A stretch of 64,000 nucleotides of DNA. Source: Setoptus koraiensis (taxonomy: Eukaryota; Animalia; Arthropoda). Position numbers and translations under genes: made by a program. Positions 14,183-27,495 of this stretch are shown piece after piece (the stretch's first letter is position 1; each line of letters begins with the position of its first letter). The stretch is from assembly GCA_048013815.1 (NCBI GenBank), contig CM106585.1:7068001-7132000 (forward strand). Direction: 5' to 3'. A model generated the notes under the pieces. The model ran no database searches and was not told the origin of the DNA. It was given only the letters and a program-made list of their open reading frames with translations.

Positions 14183-14257
14183 CACTAGAGCCTCACTGGA
14201 GCCCCACTAGAGCCTCACTGGAGCCCCACTAGAGCCTCACTGGAGCCTCACTAGAGC
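14183..14257 (+). repeat. 22-bp repeat made of 11-bp subunits (CACTAGAGCCT/CACTGGAGCCC), ~7 subunits
   Basis: Read directly. Confidence 0.9.
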
Positions 14258-14971
14258 GTCGCTAGAGGGACAGAGAGCCAGCAAAATCAAGCCAGTCAGT
14301 CAGCTGGCGATGGACGGGCACTCGCGAGATAAACAGGTATTGCCGGGCGAGGTACTGCCGGGGGCATTCGCCGGTGGCTGGCGAGCCAGCCAGCGATCTA
14401 TGCAAGTCCAGTCTTGTCGACAACGACAAGCGGCTCGCAGGCTCCATTTGTGCGGCGGGCCGGCAATCTCGGCGCGGTGTTCGCTTCATCACGGGCTCGG
14501 CACATTGATCACATCGTGCGGTTGCCGCTCGTGTATTTACACTGGCCGCTCAAATTGCTAGAATCGCGCGGATCCCGCTACAATTATCCGCTCACAGAGC
14601 CGCTACAATTATCGCTGAGCCAATAAGTTGTGCCAGTGCGTGTGTTATTCTTAGCCAGCGCCAACATCACACGCTCATGTGATCTGTTATGTAACAGATA
14701 AAACACACACACACCCACGATATGCCATGTAATGGAGCCACAAAACATGCTCGTGCTTGTTGACACGTTCGCTGCATAATAAATCGCTCGCTCGATTTTG
14801 ACGGCCGAAACAGCGTGTGTGCTCGCTTAGGCAATCAATTGCAAATATAAGCCCCCATTTCCAGCAAAAAATCATACCGAAACTCACTGGAGACGGCGTC
14901 GCAACGGCTATCATTTGTGAATATAACCGCACCAATAGATTTGCGATAGATATAAATGGATATCGGCTGAT

Positions 14972-15589
14972 ATGGATATTGATCGAACGATAATGGGCCC
15001 GTTCAAATTGATATCCATCATGGATATCAATTGGAAAGCGTCCATCCTGATACACACATCCGCCTACACTATCGCTTCTGGTTTCGGCTTGCAGTGTCGT
15101 TACTTTATTACTGCTGACACTGGGCTACTCGAAAAAGCCCAGATATCCCGGATACTCCGTGAGCCAGAAATCAGGCAATCAGTTGAGCCAGATTTCTGGC
15201 ACACGGACTTGTGTAATTCGCACATCGTTTCAGTTTATTCAGTTTATTGGCCGAAATCTCTCTTTGAGCCTCGCTCATATGTTCCAACCATCAAACCAAC
15301 ACCAAAAAATGATGCAATATCGCACGAAATTCGGGGATTTGTTGTGGGTATGCTACACTTGCACTTTGTATTTGCGCCGAGACGATATATTGGCGAGAAA
15401 AACTCTGTGAATCTCGGTCACATCAGCCAGCTTTTCAGCCGAAATCGACACGGATCAGACGGACCAGACCAACAGTTGGCCCCTCTTGACCTGATCTGTG
15501 CAGCGCAGCACAGAAAAATGGGGCCAGCTCGGGACTGGTGCTCGCGATTGAATTGTGTAGATTGTCTAAACTCGGGGAAAACTGCGTAA
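14972..15589 (+). CDS. Unidentified 205-aa ORF in a repeat-free island (possible exon or single-exon gene)
   Basis: The frame is open from 14939 to 15589 in moderate-GC, non-repetitive sequence, with globular-looking composition (…EPDFWHTDLCNSHIVSVYSVYWPKSLF…HEIRGFVVGMLHLHFVF…). No family recognised. Confidence 0.3.
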   Translation: MDIDRTIMGPFKLISIMDINWKASILIHTSAYTIASGFGLQCRYFITADTGLLEKAQISRILREPEIRQSVEPDFWHTDLCNSHIVSVYSVYWPKSLFEPRSYVPTIKPTPKNDAISHEIRGFVVGMLHLHFVFAPRRYIGEKNSVNLGHISQLFSRNRHGSDGPDQQLAPLDLICAAQHRKMGPARDWCSRLNCVDCLNSGKTA

Positions 15590-16007
15590 TTGTGCGCGTC
15601 AATAATTGTGCCGCCGGTCAGTGTGCATAAAAAGTCAAGTGGGCACTTTTTTGAGTGATTCGAGCAGGTTTGCGAGGGGGCTTGATTGCGACAATTCAAT
15701 CTGCTCCTTGCTCGCTCCTCCGGCGCCCAAACGAACGCAACTTCACTTGGAATGTTTTGAGTGTTTTTGGGTTTTTGGTTACGAAAAACGGCAGGCCATT
15801 GTTGCGTCGCGAACACACAACAACTAATGCAATTACACTGGGCCCACTTTACATGTCACGAATTAGCATGGCTCACATTTGCAGTAGATGACCGGTTAAT
15901 TAGTTTAGTTGAGTTTTTTCATTCGTTAACAGATCGTGTGTCATCGCCGGGCTCTCAGACACACTAATTGGCTGATAGGGTGAACCTCTTTAGGGTGACA
16001 CACTCAC

Positions 16008-16149
16008 ATCGACGAGAAAATTGGGCACATTGATGCGATAAATCGCGGAAATAGATTTTATCCGTTCCGGAATTTTCGAGGCCACTGAGCTGATTGAATC
16101 ATTCATGCGGCGCATGTGCTCGCGCGTATGTGTAATGGTGGCAGGCGCA
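16008..16149 (-). CDS. Candidate internal exon (possibly exon 2 of the 27.7-kb minus-strand gene)
   Basis: Acceptor ttctctcgatttctcaattag and donor GTGAGT at 16007. The only open frame is phase 2 to phase 0, which matches the phase-2 donor at 27495. Peptide: APATITHTREHMRRMNDSISSVASKIPERIKSISAIYRINVPNFLVD. Confidence 0.3.
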
Positions 16150-17898
16150 CTAATTGAGAAATCGAGAGAATTTTGCTTGGTTTTTTGGCAAAAACGTGCG
16201 CGCTCATACAATGACAGACAGCGTGCGAGGCACGCATAAATTTATGCAAATTTCCATTGAAAAAAATGCATATTTCTTTCCAGAAAAGCTAGCTGCTGCA
16301 AGTAATATGATAATATTTCCTAGTTGGTTCAACCTGAATAAAAGCAAGCTTTTTCCGCGCGTAGAGGGCGCCGAGTATGCCGAAAACAGGCAATTCACCT
16401 GGCGATTTGAGCTCGAATAAACGTGTGACGGGCCGACGGCTGAACGGGGGCGCTCAGGTTGATAGTTGCCAGATTGCGGAGAGATAATTAGCGAGCGATA
16501 TATTGTCACTGATTGTGATCATCATTATGTGTATAACGGCGATATCAGTGATATGAAAAGGATGGCCGGGGTGGCCATTGGCACACAAGTGTGCGATATG
16601 ATGTACAACAGTATCAAATTGTCTAACATTGTCTAATTGGTGCGCCGTTGCACCAGCCAACCAATTAGGCCAAATAGACCGACGGGCTCGGCGGGCTTTA
16701 ATGGCGCCTATAAATGATCATTGATCAACTTGAGCATCGTGTTACATCATGCCGTGCTCGCTTCTGTTGGGTCGTGGACGGTGAGCGATCAATAGCGCAA
16801 CAGCAAAAAAGGGGCACCCATTACAGTGTATGTATAACAAGTATTGCCAATTGGGGCCAATCTCATCTATCGAGATGGCTCTATATTGGCTACATTGGCC
16901 CGTACGAGAACGTATCGGTACGTGGCGGCGCGGTATGTGAGCCAGCAACATTAGTAGTAGCGGGCCGACATTGCGACTTGCTGAAACCAGCGAGCACCGG
17001 CCCGAGTGGCCCGAGATGGAAAGGTCGCCGGCCAACTGTCTGACCGACCGACCGGCGAATCGACCGGCGGACCGACGGACCGACGGACCGAAATACGCTC
17101 AATACGCTGGCAACTTTTGCTTTATTTGCTTATTATTGGCGCACACTTCCGGTCAAGCTGGCAGCAGCAATAAGCTGCTGCAAGTGAAGTGTGCGCATTG
17201 GCGGATGAAAATGCCAACAGTGGCCAGCGACACAGCGGCTGGCCAGGGGTGCCCTTTCCGTCACTTTCGTCGGCTTCTCTCTGGGCCATCATTGGCTTTT
17301 CTTTTCTTTGTTCCATCAACTGTCGAAGTTATTATCTATCTATGTGCCGGCGTGCTCTCTGGCTGGCGAGCAGAGGCAGCCAATATATATCAGTGAGCAG
17401 CAGTGAGCAGCAGTGGCCACATCCAGTGGCGAGCTCGAGATAAATCCAGCGAGCGAGCCGTAGTTGTGGGGCGCGTTTTGTTGACCAACTGGCTGCAACT
17501 ATGCCACGCTCATTTCCATTAAATTCTCATCATTCTCTTCAAGTTCACTCCTGGGCGGCCCACTGTGGGGCCCGCTCTGTCGGAATTCAACTCGGCTGGA
17601 TGTAGCCGAGCAGCAACAGCCGGGCAGTTGCTAGTTGCACTAGTTTTGAGTTGCAGCTCTCTGCTCTATTTAACAAAATATAATATATAACATAATATAA
17701 TATCTGGCTGGCTGGCTGGCTGGCTGGCACCATTACGCTCAAGTTGCCAGCTGGCAAGTTCAATTTGTTTGTCGCACAGTGGCGGCCCTTAATCTGTTCT
17801 TTTCTTCTCTCTCCTTTTCTCTCTGGCCCCAATTCCATTCTCTGTTGTGTTCTTTTCTTTTCATTTTTTACTCTCGACAAAAACCAACAAGACGACCG

Positions 17899-17962
17899 TG
17901 ATGATGATGATGATGACGATGATGACGATGATGATGATTGTGATGGTGATGGTGATGGTGAT
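17899..17962 (+). repeat. (GAT)n / (GATGGT)n microsatellite
   Basis: Read directly. Confidence 0.9.
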
Positions 17963-18498
17963 CAAACAAGCCAACATGACGCAACTTGTTAGCATCGCCA
18001 ACAATGCAATGCTCACAACAACTCGGCAACTGGTCAGTGTGTGATAGTTATTTTTGACAAAGGTATAATATAAAAATAAATTATTACCAGCCACGGACAG
18101 CGCATCAACAGGAAGCGTCGCGTCGTTTATTGTCATGTTGCTTGGTCGAGTTTAATTGACGTCAACAACATCCATTATTAGCCGGCTCGCTTGTAACTAA
18201 ACTAAAACTCGACTAAAAACTGCACTTACATTAGCGATTACATGGAAGCGATATTATATATTACATATAAACCCAAACGATATCATCGCCCTCTATAGGC
18301 GAAAAGAGAGCGACACAGGGGGCCGATATTAAGAGACTGCCGGCCTGATAAACGGCCAACAAATAACAAGGGCCCTTATGTGATGTGATGATGATCGCAT
18401 TATATATTTGATACTATCTGTCATGTCGTGTTGCCGATGCCCGGCCAACCTTTGCTCTCTCTGCTCGCTCGCACTCTGTCGGTCGGCCGGCCAACTAT

Positions 18499-18561
18499 CT
18501 GGACACGACCAACTGGACACGACCAACTGGACACGACCAACTGGACACGACCAACTGGACA
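18499..18561 (+). repeat. 14-bp tandem repeat (CTGGACACGACCAA)x4.5
   Basis: Perfect units at 18499, 18513, 18527 and 18541. Confidence 0.95.
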
Positions 18562-18577
18562 AAAGTCACATCATTCA

Positions 18578-18636
18578 ACGATTTGCGACAATTTGCGACG
18601 ATTTGCGACAATTTGCCACAATTTGGCCCGAATTTG
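18578..18636 (+). repeat. 10-bp array ATTTGCGAC(A/G), ~5-6 units
   Basis: Read directly. Confidence 0.85.
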
Positions 18637-19823
18637 TCTAGCCAGGCGAAGCGCTTGTGAAACGAGCTTGTTGTTTATTCAACGATTCAATTGACGTCTA
18701 GCCACGGTGAGCATATGGCCGCTTGGTGGCCAGCATATTCAATGTATGCTCGCCGTGGGGCCGCTGGATATTTGCCGACGAGCGCTTGGCGTTTCTTTGG
18801 AACGCGCGGGCTCATTGTTGGCTGACGCGATTAGCTCGCTTGAACAACAAATTGCCCGCGACTCTCAACTCGTAATTACTCGTAATTGTTCGCCCTAATT
18901 TCGTGCCCTACTCCCCCGCACCAGGCCGCCAGGCTGACCTTTGGACGCGCGTTTGCAGCGAATGCCACCAGGCAACTAGTTGCTTGTGCCCCTGCAACCG
19001 GAAATGACTGCTCATTCTCAGATGAAATGAAATTGCTTCAATGCAGCCAAGGTTTTATGTTGGCCTAATTTTGATGCACGGGCCTCGGGATTGCGCATTT
19101 CAGCGCGGTTGTTTGCACCGTCAATTGTCGGCCTTCTCAAGCTTATAATCTCAGCGCGCGTTCTCGGGCGACTTGTACACGATCAACGATGACGACCACG
19201 GACATGAGAGGCGAGCACGAGAATGAATCATAGCGGCCTGTTTGTTTGCAGCCAGCCAGCCAGCCAGCTAGCTGCAATTGTAACGGGCCCATGGGCTGCT
19301 GCTGCTGTTGGCAAGCTCTTGGCTGTGCGCTCGAATTAATCCATCATTTATCGGTCTAGCTGCGCCGCTTAATCGCTATCTGATCAGTGTTCACATTAGG
19401 CAAACACACCTGACTGGCTAGTCAAACAAGCAAGCAAACAACACAGACAGGTAAACAGACAAACAAACACACGGGGCTCCCGGCGAGCGTTTGACGAGTA
19501 AGCTCTTAAGCTGGCCGGGCCGCCGGCAGCGGCCAGCAACTGTGACGACCGGCCCGCGGTCGATGATAAATAATTATGGGCGCCGGAGGATCGCGCGCCA
19601 GATCTGACGGCAACCAACCGCCAGACAGCACTGGCCTGACCGGCCGGCTGCTGAGTATTCTGGGGATGCTTGTCGGGATGCCGGGCTGTTGGCGGGCCCA
19701 CCGGCAGGCTAGTTGGCCAATGGCAAACATTGCGAATGCGCTGGGCCCCGTCGCGCGGTGCGGATCAAGTGTCAGGCGAGCTTATTGCTCGCTCCGACAC
19801 AGTATGACGACGCTAGATGGCAG

Positions 19824-19890
19824 CGGGTCGCTCGGGTCGCTCGGGTCGCTCGGGTCGCTCGGGTCGCTCGGGTCGCTCGGGTTGCTCGGG
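19824..19890 (+). repeat. 9-bp tandem repeat (CGGGTCGCT)x7
   Basis: Six perfect units plus one variant. Confidence 0.95.
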
Positions 19891-21810
19891 TAAGATCGCG
19901 CCACGGGCATATTTTTCAACTTGCGAGGACTCTCGTGTTAACTAACGACGTCAGATGAGGCGTCGACAGGCGAGAGATAAAGGGCTCAGTGTGGCGGCCC
20001 TTTATCTCTGTCGCCTCGAGTCGAGATACATATCAAATACATGTAAGGATATCTCAAGTCGAGGGTCGCATCACCGGCAGTGCCCATCGCCGATGAGTCA
20101 TCGCCGGTGAGATGTGGCGATAAATGGATTGATTGTTGTCGCGTTGCCGGCCAATCTTGTTTGATACACAACGGCTGACAATTGGGCTGACAAGTGAAAA
20201 ATAATGATAATTAAACGTCAAATGTCACACTGGGCGCCGTGCCTGACGGCTATCAGCTGTCGTTGGGTTGACCGGCAATGGGCGCAATTGAGGGGGCCGG
20301 CAACGACGCTTGTCGAAGTGTCGAATCTGTCGCTCGGCATGTGCCTAGCGATCTAGCCAAATTGACGAGCGTTGGGCAAAATTGTGCAAAAGCGAAATTG
20401 TCGCCAACTGGCTGGCGACACACGACAGTGAGTCGGCGATTGTGCAATCGTAAAGTGTTTAACGTGGATCATTTTACCAGCCGCTCTCCGGCGCGATTTG
20501 TACGCCAACAACAGCGTGTTGGCGCTTGGCAAATACTACCAATGCCAACTACAGATATGACGACAATGTCGCGACGACACGACGCAAATCGCGACTCTAG
20601 CGGCCAGCCAATTAAGGCGTCGCTGGCGCTGGCAAGACCGTCGACGGTGCCTATGCAAGATAAATAAAAAATAATACGGCTCAAGTTGTCTGTGTGTCGA
20701 CGACGGCGACGGGTTTGCAATTTAATGGTTGCAAGTTGCAACGCGCCAATGTGCGCCAATGTAGATACTTTATTATAAATGCAAATCCTAGATAGAATAT
20801 CCGTTAGGGGTCCAGTTGCCCGCAAGGCATGCGACGACAACATGCGCTCGTGGAGACGCCACGACAACATGCACTCGTGGAGACGACACACACAAGCGGG
20901 CCGACACGGGGCCCCAACCGACATGTAAATTTCACGTGCCAATGCCGACTGCTCGGTCTGTGTGTCTCTGTCGATTGCATCATTTCGGCGATCATTGCGC
21001 CGAGCACATGCAGATTATAGAATTAGTTGGCTAAGCGGCTCGATCTCGACGGCACGAGCTTAGCTCGTCATTGTTGTTGCTGCTGGCGCGTGGTTTCAGG
21101 AGCCGGCAGCAGCAGCAGCAGAAATTCAATCTGGACGCGCAGCCAATCAAACTGCCGACTGTGGCGCCCCCACCCCCTCTCGACGACACTAATTGTTTTG
21201 TCGTCGTGCGTGTGCGTGTGCCACAAATATATAAAGTGTGCATATAAAGCGCGCAAAAAGGGTTGCAATGGGAGAGCGCATAAAGGGTTGCAATGGGAGA
21301 GCGACTGGCAGTCGGCAGTGCCCAACACTAAGAGCGAGGGAGCGACGGAGAGGCCCAAGATTTAATCGGTTCGCGCAAGAAGCAAATTAAATGTCACCGG
21401 CGTTGAATTTGAATGGCCCGTCGAAATGGCACGTGCACACCCAGTCGCACTCAATCGAGTTGGCTCAATGGGGCCCGAGCGGCTGGGCGCAGCCGGCAGC
21501 TCAATAGACCCGGCGGCCCTATCATGGCCAGTGGTGGATATGGCGACAGTGAGCCGGCAATCAAATCTAGTGTCGGTGCCAACTGTCACCGGCGCCCTGG
21601 CCACCAGTGTCTTGACACAATTATGCAGATTGTTCAATTGTTGTACATTGTTGTCGGGTAGCGTGAAAATTGAATAGCTCTCTCTATTGAACGCGCCAGT
21701 AATGAAATTTGCTCCCGCGCTGCCGCAGCCCGCAGCCCGCACTCCGCACCCGTTGCCGGCCCCGCCCAAACGCTAACCTGCTGCTGCCGCCTCTGGCCGG
21801 CGCCAAAATT

Positions 21811-21898
21811 GCGCCCGAAACGCGCCCGAAATGCGCTCGAAATGCGCCCGGATCGCGCCCGGATCGCGCCCGAATCGCGCCCGAGCTGTGCCCAAATT
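21811..21898 (+). repeat. 11-bp array GCGCCCG(A/G)A(A/T)(C/T), 8 units
   Basis: Read directly. Confidence 0.85.
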
Positions 21899-24800
21899 GG
21901 GGCTCCGCCGGCGCGCACACAAATCAAATATGCGCACAGACCAGGCCAGAGATATTGCAACTAGATAAGATAAATAAGAGACAATCCGCGCACGTTAATG
22001 TATGCAAGCGCAACACTTGCGCCCGTCGCCAGTCACCAAATCTAATGATTCGGGCCCCGCTGGCCGCCAGCTGGCCAGACCGGACCCGCCGGCCCGCTGG
22101 CCGGCCGAACCGGATCTGGGCTCGTGCCGCTTTGGCGCTGGCCCGGCGACCCAGCGATGTCATGCCTGTTTAGTTGGCGCTGCAGCTCGCTAATAATGAC
22201 GCCATTTAGCACACTCGCACACGTGTTGGCCCGGCCGAATATCCGCGCGGGCCCCATACATGGCTCATGCATGGCTCGTGCATGGCACGAGCCAGCCAAA
22301 TGGCTATATCTGGCCGCTCGCACTGGCTGCAGTAATTGCCGGCCCGGCAAGCCGATAGGTGGGCGCATCTGCAATCTGGCGGCTTGCAGCGCGCATTTTA
22401 TCCGGGGGCCGCGCACCACGACTAACTGTAATTGTGTGCGTTGTTGTCGCAGCCAGCGGACGGCAAGCGAGCACAACATGGTCGCTTGGGCGTACAAACA
22501 ACCGTTGTGTGGATATGGCGCGCAACGGATATTCGCGCATCATTGCACCCCTGGCCATGCTGCCAGCTAACTGGCAAACTCGCGCCCGTCTAGACATGAT
22601 CAATTGTTCAATTGTTTCTCGGGCTCCCCCGCGAGCCGCGCCACTCTGCCCGAGTCTGTCGGGCCAAGTCTGTCGGCGCTCGTCGGGCCAAGTCTGTCGG
22701 CGCGCTCGTCGGCGGCCGCGCCAATTTTCTGCGCTCGGACAGCGCCCTCTTGGGCAGCATCTCGCGCTCTCGTGCACCTAGGGGCGTTCGCGCACCGCCA
22801 GCTCGAGTATCTGGGCCGATATCTCGGCAAGCGCACGCGGACCAGATTTGACGTAAAGGCAGGCGTCTGGCACAGATTGGTCCGGCGAGCAATAGCGCCC
22901 AGCCAAGTGTGGGGCCCCGTGCGAGGCCCGCTCACACGAACCACACAAGAGATATGCGTCACCGTGGAACGCGCGCAGCGCGTCTTGCCGGCCCCGCGAA
23001 ACAGCGGCCAGGTGCGGCCATCGGGCGGCGGGTTACGCGGCCTACGGACGACCTCGGCAGTTTTGGATTTTTTTTTCTGCTGGGCGCACTATTTTTCGCA
23101 ACGGCCCCCTGGCCCCTCGTGTCGAGTCATTGTTATATGTTGCCGTTGCTGTTGCCGTCGCGAACAACACTCGCACACTCGAATGCCTTAGGTAATTTCC
23201 AAAATCATTCTTTATTCATGCTAATGTCCCTCAGCAGCACCAGCTAAATAAGCTCGCGAAACTTGATGCGCTCGCCGAGGCGCGTTTCCGCTGGCGCGGG
23301 CGTTCATTAGGCCCGATCTCCGCCCGCTCGATCACAAATAACAATGACTCGTCGACACAAGCCAACCGCGACGCAGCCATACGCAGCCAGCATTGGGGCC
23401 CCATAGCGACACCCTTGATCGCGAATCGCGATTCTCGATCTTGTTGAGCGCGCCAAGCCGTTGCTAAGAAAACGACGGGCCAAGCGAAAAATTGCTTGGA
23501 CACATTTTTGCCTGAATGAATGAAAAAAAAAAAGCATAATACATATATCATTCGACAAAACAACAACATGGGGCCAAAAAGATGAGGCCCCTCGTGTATT
23601 TATCTTGTCTCGTGTGTTAAAACTCGAAGCGCGCTTGCCAGCACAAACAAAAACTCAACTCGCCACTCGCAACCTGCAACTCAAAACAAACCAACCCACT
23701 GGTTAGCTCGACTTAGATAGTGCTGCGCTGGCTTTTGCGAATCATTTAGATTTATGTCTATTATTCGGCCTCCCACCTTCGATGCGCGTATCTCGTGCTG
23801 TGCAATCCGACGACACAAGTCTAGACAAAAATAATGCCAAAACGGTGCCTTTTGAAGGTATCAGCGCCCCCTCGCCAACTGTGCTAACGATCCCAATTTT
23901 TATATGTAAATCGTATCGCCATATTCGTCTACCATATATACCAATGTTGCCAAAATTGGCCAGCCAGCAAACCAATCTCTGGCGAGTTGCCCGCTATCCA
24001 TGGCTTTTTTTATTGTTTGCACAAGCACTGATCTCGGTCAATATCCCACTCAAATCAATCCAATTGTCTGAGGCTCACAACGCGGTGCCTACCCTCGAAT
24101 GAAATGGCAGTCATTCTTTTTCAGCATTTTTCGGCGCTCTCTGGTATTTCTGGCATCATCGTAGCCATGGCCGGTGGACAATGTTATACTATGTTGCACC
24201 AGACAATGACAGTGACGGTCATATTTGGAGAAAGAAATTTGCTGTGAGAAAACGCAGCAAATTCATCCGTACAATTCATCTGCAATATTGATGAAGAGGC
24301 TTTTTCAGGCTTTGACCCGACCAGATCACTATCATGACTCGCTTTTGGGCGCTCGTCAGTGTGCCGAAATGTTTTGATCTGATTTGTGGCCACAAATATC
24401 GCGCCAACACCCTTCGCGATGTCCAGCACACATGGCAGTATTTTTGCCAGGAAAAATCTCTTTGCGGGCACCCCTTTTTACGAAATACATACATTGCGAC
24501 ATAAATGTACACAGTTATATTTGGCCATTTATCGCGAAAAATCAGTGATTGGTGAGGGCGAAAAAACGTGGCCAGCACTTGTTTGGAAATGGATTTTTTG
24601 CATCTGCAGCGATCTGCGACCAACTCGACGATCTTTCACTTATTTTTCACCCTATTTATCTCCACGACGAGGCGACATCTCGGTCCGCGTGCAACTTGCA
24701 GTGACCAACCAACTGTCGATAGATGGAGAGTAAGTTTCCACGGTATGGAAACTTTCTAAAACGCTTTCGCTGTGAACAACGTCAGACACAAAGCGCCGAA

Positions 24801-25441
24801 AGAGGCGCTAGATAACGAGTTGGAAAAGTCGAGCCCGAGAAATTGAGCTCAAATTCAGAGGCCCGTCTCACTGGCGAACAGGGGCCTCAGAAATTAGCGA
24901 GCTGACCGATAGTTGTGTCTGTCAGCTTGCAACTGGCGGATGGAGCGACGTTGCACGCTTGATTGCTTAATCGCGCAAACAAAAAGTTGATCTTAATTGA
25001 CCTTGAGCCAGAGTTTTTGTCGACCGGACCGGACCCAAGCCCGGGAATATTTCGCATAGACACACTGGCTCGGTTGTTATCTGATTATTGGCACTGTGTG
25101 TCCTCGACACTAGCGCGATTGTCACTGATAAGAGCGAGAGCGAGAGAGAGCGAGATGTCAATTGTGACTATCATACAAAACTATGATAATCACTGGTTGG
25201 ACCTGACGCCATTCGCGACTCGCACACAGTTGCGCCATCGTTTGTCAAAACTGTTTTGGCCCAGTTTATTGGGGCCCCCCTTTTATAGCCAGCTAAGTGG
25301 ATTGTTCTGTTTTTCGCTGTTTGTGTCGGCCCGGCCGTTGTTGTGTCTGTCGTGGTTGTTATGGTTGTTGTTGCTGTTGTTGTCGTCGCCGGATCATCCG
25401 GCAACAAGCTGGGACTGGTTGATTGGTGCCTGCTCCGACCA

Positions 25442-25520
25442 CGACGCCCTCCGACGAGCCCTCCGACGAGCCCTCCGACGAGCCCTCCAACGAGCTATCC
25501 GACGATATATCGGACGAGCC
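25442..25520 (+). repeat. 12-bp array (CGAGCCCTCCGA), ~6 units
   Basis: Read directly; produces the ALRR and PPTS repeat ORFs. Confidence 0.85.
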
Positions 25521-27495
25521 GGCCGGCCAATGTGGAGCATCAGCGGCGGACGAACAGAGTTATTTCTTTTCACTATTGGCAAGTTCTGGGCGCCTCATTT
25601 GAGTGCAGCATCATTTCCTCAATGAGCCCGCTACCACTCATCGCGCACTAACTACGACAGCTCTAAAATTCCATTCCGGGCTGGCCAAGCAACCGGGGCC
25701 CCATTAACGCTTGCCAGAGACAGGGGGACACATGAATCGATCCCGTCTGGCCTCATCCAGTGGCCAGCTGATCTCATTCTGATCGGCGACCCATCGAAGT
25801 CTGCCTGGCGGCGGTCTGGCGATCATCGATTATCCGATTGTCGTTGTTGTTGTCACTGGCGTTGATGTTGGTGTGGCCGTTGCTGTTTTGTTGGCCCCTT
25901 CCTTTCTCATTTCGTCGGCGGTTCCTTTCTTTCTTTCACTTGGCCGGCCCCGGCGCGCCTATTGTCATTGCTTATTATTTAGTTCGCTATCGCTCAATAT
26001 CCACAGGCAAGGCTCTATTAATTCCGCGAAATAAGTGGATAGATATATATAATATAATATATATTATATAGGGCTCGCCGGCGGAGGGAGCCCCTTTTCC
26101 GTTATATATTATATTGTGTTTGGCGGGCGAGCGAGCGGGCGGGCGGGCGCAAGTTTTCAACCGACTCACAATCGGCCCACAAAAGCTGACTAGTTGGCTG
26201 GCTCGCTCGTCACAAGCTACCAATCGAAATTTAATCTCATATATGAGCCCGGCTGGCTGACTTTGGGGCCCGCTTGCCTTTGGCTGGATGAATAAGAAAC
26301 GGCAAGTGTTGAAAAAAATTGCTGCTGTTGGGGCTGCTCGGAGAAAAGGGTTGCCCAGGATGCAATCAACATTGTTGTCAGTTTTCTTTCTCGCCGCTTG
26401 CCATTGGGCTGGCTTTGTATTCACGATTGTTGGCTGACTGGCACAAACTTGCACTTCAACTCATTTTTACTGACCTCTCCCGTGGCCCACAAATTGATCC
26501 AAATGATGGCTCTCTCGCTCTCTTTCTCGCTCGCCGTCTCGGGCTCTCTATCGGGCCCCAACAGACAGAGATAAATTTATTTGTGTATTGTGGACCAACA
26601 GTACGTGTTTGTGCAGCAGCAGCAGCACCAGCAGCGGGTAATAGCGGGCCCATTAATAGGCCCGGCACAAAAATTTGGCCCCCGAACGGCGGGCACGATT
26701 TTTTGCCGCACAGCGCGGCCCATGTTTGTCTGTTTGCAAAACTAAGACCCCAGACAAACATGGCACTCGAGTGGTGCGCGAATGTCGCTATATGCCAGCG
26801 CTGTTGTGCTGGCATATATCGCCATGTCGCTGCTGCCGCGGCTGTGGCGACATGGCGAGCCAACCAGCGACGACTAGACAATTTGCTCTGCTTGGTGATT
26901 GAGTGAGTGAGGCCCTGTTGTCGTAGCGCGCAGCCTGATTAATCAAGTGCCTTGACAGCCATAATAACGCAATCTACATTGTCTAGTGGTTGTTGGCTGA
27001 CTGGCTGGCTTGGCGCCCTCAAGTGATGCTGGCAAGATGTTATCTAACATAATTGTGGCTCCACTTAGACCACTGAGCAAGCCATGTAGCAGGCGAGCGC
27101 AAACATGCACAACTTGACAACATGTTCTCAATGGAGCTCGACCGATTTGATTGCTCGCCATGCCAATCACTACCGATGGATGGCAGCAATGATTCGCGGG
27201 GGCCCCCATTGGCGATATAACAAGCACAAGAATTGTCGCGCGTTGCAATCGAAAAGCAACAAAACTTTTCTGAATAAACTCGCTCATGATGAATGATCTG
27301 TCTTGTCGGGGAGGGGGGCATGGGCACATTTTCTAGCGAATTGTGTGACACGAGCGCGCAGCACGATGAATTTGAATTTGCAATTTCTCTGGCACATGAT
27401 AACTTGTCATTGAGAAGTGATTAATTTGCTTCTTATTGTCCCATGAACTAGGCGACAACTATTAGGGAATTGTAGTAAAGTAATGATGCACTTAC

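Noticed and set aside
18499-18561. CRISPR-like direct repeats (also 14183, 39700, 41025)
   Set aside because: The units are head-to-tail with no unique spacers, there are no cas genes, and the context is eukaryotic.
24963-25070. Tubulin-like LIDLEP…IFR motif in the 220-aa ORF
   Set aside because: The flanks do not continue the tubulin alignment (no GGGTGSG or NNWAKGHY equivalent), there is an in-frame stop just upstream, and the ORF runs into repeats.
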